From: Vicugna vicugna
Lineage: Eukaryota
Assembly (NCBI GenBank): GCA_013265495.1
Contig: MU057880.1
Location: forward strand, 2,138,527 to 2,202,526
Reading direction: 5' to 3'
DNA length: 64,000 nucleotides
Part shown: piece after piece, positions 61,712 to 64,000 of the stretch
Position numbering within the stretch: the stretch's first letter is position 1
Layout: the number at the start of each line of letters is the position of its first letter
Translations under genes and position numbers: made by a program
The notes under the pieces: model-generated
The model's input: the letters and a program-made list of their open reading frames with translations, nothing else
Told to the model about the DNA's origin: nothing
Database searches by the model: none

Positions 61712-61856
61712 CAGTGCTTGGCAGACTGGACTGTTCATCTGAACCCTCTGGGACCTTGCTAAGGTTCACATTTTGCTCAGTAGGCTTGGGGTGGGGCCTG
61801 GGGTTCTGTGTTTCTCACAAGCTGCTTCGATGCTGTTCTGTGGACCACACTCTGGC
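61712..61856. mobile_element. MER5A-like hAT relic
   Basis: tcagtaggcttggggtggggcctggggttctgtgtttctcacaagc..ggaccacact. Confidence 0.65.
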
Positions 61857-62493
61857 TGCTAGTGGACCAAACTGGGGTCCGCTCCCTGGCCCCGCTGCAG
61901 AGCCCAGCCGCTGGTACCAGGTGGTGGTGAAGGAAAGTACAGTGTTTACTGAGGCTCCCAGCAAGGAGAACGGGCAGCTTGTGCTCAAAAGACCCAAACT
62001 CCTCATGGTTCTCAGGGAAGGGTTTTTTTAAGGCCACCTCTGGGGTGAAGCTGCAGGGTGTGTCTTTCCTCTGATTGGTTGGTGGTGAGGAAGCAGGGTG
62101 GTGTTTCGGAAATCTTTAATAATCAACTTTCTGGTTCTAACCAGCCTGGGGTCCACCTGCTTGAGGTCAGCAAGTAGTCACCCTCGTCCACATGGACGGG
62201 GGTCTTAGTTTCTGCAGAACAAGGTGAAGATATGTGTCAGATTGTTACGTGTATCCCTTGAGGAGGAACCAGGACTCTGTTTTATCTCTGAACTGTTTTT
62301 GTTACTTTTCTGGCTTAATTGTTTTTCCTGTGTTTCTGCGTTCCCTCCCTTCCCTTATTAGTCACTGCATGAGTCTGCTCTTTGGGACTCAGGCAAGACC
62401 TAGGAGACCGAAGCCTTTTTCTGCAAACAAGAAACAGGGGCTTCAGAGGGCCTTTTGTACCTGGGAGGGCTCCCTGGGGTCCTGCTGGTTTCA
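61857..62493 (-). mobile_element. ERV1-class solo LTR (LTR39-like)
   Basis: TG..CA ends with tggc/tgac flanks; gtggtgaaggaaagtacagtgtttac, gtgctcaaaagacccaaactcc and ctgattggttggtggtgagg motifs. Confidence 0.8.
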
Positions 62494-63074
62494 TGACCAG
62501 CAAAGACTTATCCAGAATGGTCCATGAAGCACGCGGGAAGTTACAGTGGCCGGCACTCAGGTCAGTATCAGGGAAGCATTTTTCCAGAGCTTCTCCGAGG
62601 TGATGGGGCTGCATCCCCGCTGACGTGTGGATACTGCTGATGCTCTGGAGGGTGAACCAGATCCGAATCTTTCCCTGCCCATTGGTCCCCATTACCCTCG
62701 GGTAGAAGTGAGTACAGCATTTAAGCGTTGTCGGTTCAGGAGGTTCCTGGGGAAGAGAGTTTGAGTCTCTCTGGACAGTGAGACCACCAGGCACAGATGT
62801 TTCAGCAGAGACTCAGTCGCTGAGAAGGTGGTCAGACGAGGTGACCATGTTCCCTGTAGCCTTGTGATGGGGCTTTAAATCAAATATGGATGCTTCCATA
62901 TCTTGGCAATTATAAATAGTGTTGCTGTTAATAGCAGGTTGTATGTACCTTTTGGAGTTAATTCTTATTTTGCAGTTGGCTTTATTCCTTTGATAACTAT
63001 GTAAGTTGAAAAAGCTAAAGCTCTAAACGTTCTTAGAAACAATGGACAGTACATATATGTAAATTTAAAAATAT

Positions 63075-63596
63075 AGGTGCCATTAAAAAAAAAAGAAATG
63101 AAGACATGGAAGGACTTAAAAGACATATTACTAAATGAAAGAAGCCAGTCTGAAAAGGCTACAAACTGTACGATTCCAACTAAATGACATTCTGGAAAAG
63201 GCACAGCTACAGGAACAATAAAAAGATCGTGTTGTCCAGGGGTCTGGGTGGGGGAGGGAGGAATGAATAGATGGAGCACAGGGGATTTTTAAGGTGATGA
63301 ATTATTCTGTATGATACTATAGTGGTGGCTACATGTCATTATGCATTTGTCAAAGCCCATAGAATGTACAACATCAAGAGTGAGCCCTAATGTAAACGAT
63401 GGACTTTGGTTGATAATAATGTGCCCATGTTGCTTCATCGATTGTACCAAATGTGCCACACTGATGAGGGATGTTGAGGGTAGGGGAGTGTATATGTGTG
63501 GGTGGGGAGGGCTATGTGTGAACTCTGTATTTTCTGCTCAATTCTGTTGTGAACCTGAAACTGCTCTAAAAGAATGGAAGTCTATTAAAAAAAAAG
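63075..63596 (+). mobile_element. Old L1 3' end (L1MC1-like)
   Basis: aatgaaagaagccagtctgaaaaggctac..tttgtcaaagcccatagaatgtacaacatcaagagtgagccctaatgtaaac..tgtgaacctgaaactgctctaaaa plus A tail. Confidence 0.88.
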
Positions 63597-63734
63597 TCAA
63601 ACACGGTCTCCTGGGGAAAGCCATAATCTGAGATCCCTATGTTGTCTCTTTAACACAAGCAACTAACCTGAAATCTCAGGTTTCCTGAGTTTTACATGGA
63701 AGCTGTTTACTGTATTCATAGTCATGTCTATGTC

Positions 63735-63797
63735 ACACACACACGCGTGCGCACCCACACGTGCACACACCTGCACGCACACCCCGCACACCCCCAC
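63735..63797. repeat. Degenerate CA/CG alternating repeat
   Basis: cacacacacacgcgtgcgcacccacacgtgcacacacc.. Confidence 0.75.
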
Positions 63798-64000
63798 TAG
63801 GCATCATGTGGTGCCGTGTCTTTAATTATCGTGACCAGTGTTTTCCCTCAGTTTTACACCATGGTAGTGTGTGCACTTGCTGTTTCTCCAAAGTTCTGGA
63901 ACTCTAACCTTCTAGAAGCGTCAGTGGACAGGCCGTCCTAGGGACACAAGGACCCTCTGCTTCCTTCTGCAGTGTTCGCACAGCTGGGACGTGACCGGGA

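Larger units (their letters stand above)
32390..64000 (+). other. PDGFC: PDGFC intron 1 (partial, continues beyond window)
   Basis: Starts with GTGAGT. I saw no CUB-domain exon-2 peptide downstream in the ORF track. Mammalian PDGFC intron 1 is known to be very long. Confidence 0.85.

Overview
Mammalian genomic DNA, most likely camelid, judged from the tRNA-Ala-like SINEs resembling the camelid Vic-1 family and the cetartiodactyl-type L1 3' ends. The only protein-coding sequence I can support is coding exon 1 of PDGFC (+ strand, 32272-32389), inside a strong CpG-island promoter. About 31 kb of upstream intergenic DNA precedes it and about 31.6 kb of intron 1 follows; exon 2 is not visible. The rest is a mosaic of SINEs, 5'-truncated L1 ends, solo LTRs, MIR/L2/CR1/MER5 relics and simple repeats. 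I found no convincing new multi-gene system. The best leads are a 27-codon uORF in the PDGFC leader with a better Kozak context than the main AUG, an apparent N25H loss of an N-glycosylation sequon, signs of AT-to-GC biased substitution, an inverted solo-LTR pair, a SINE-containing 223-bp tandem duplication and several motif-dense candidate enhancers. All comparisons with human/mouse sequence and all repeat family names are from memory, not from a search, and repeat boundaries are approximate unless target-site duplications (TSDs) are quoted.
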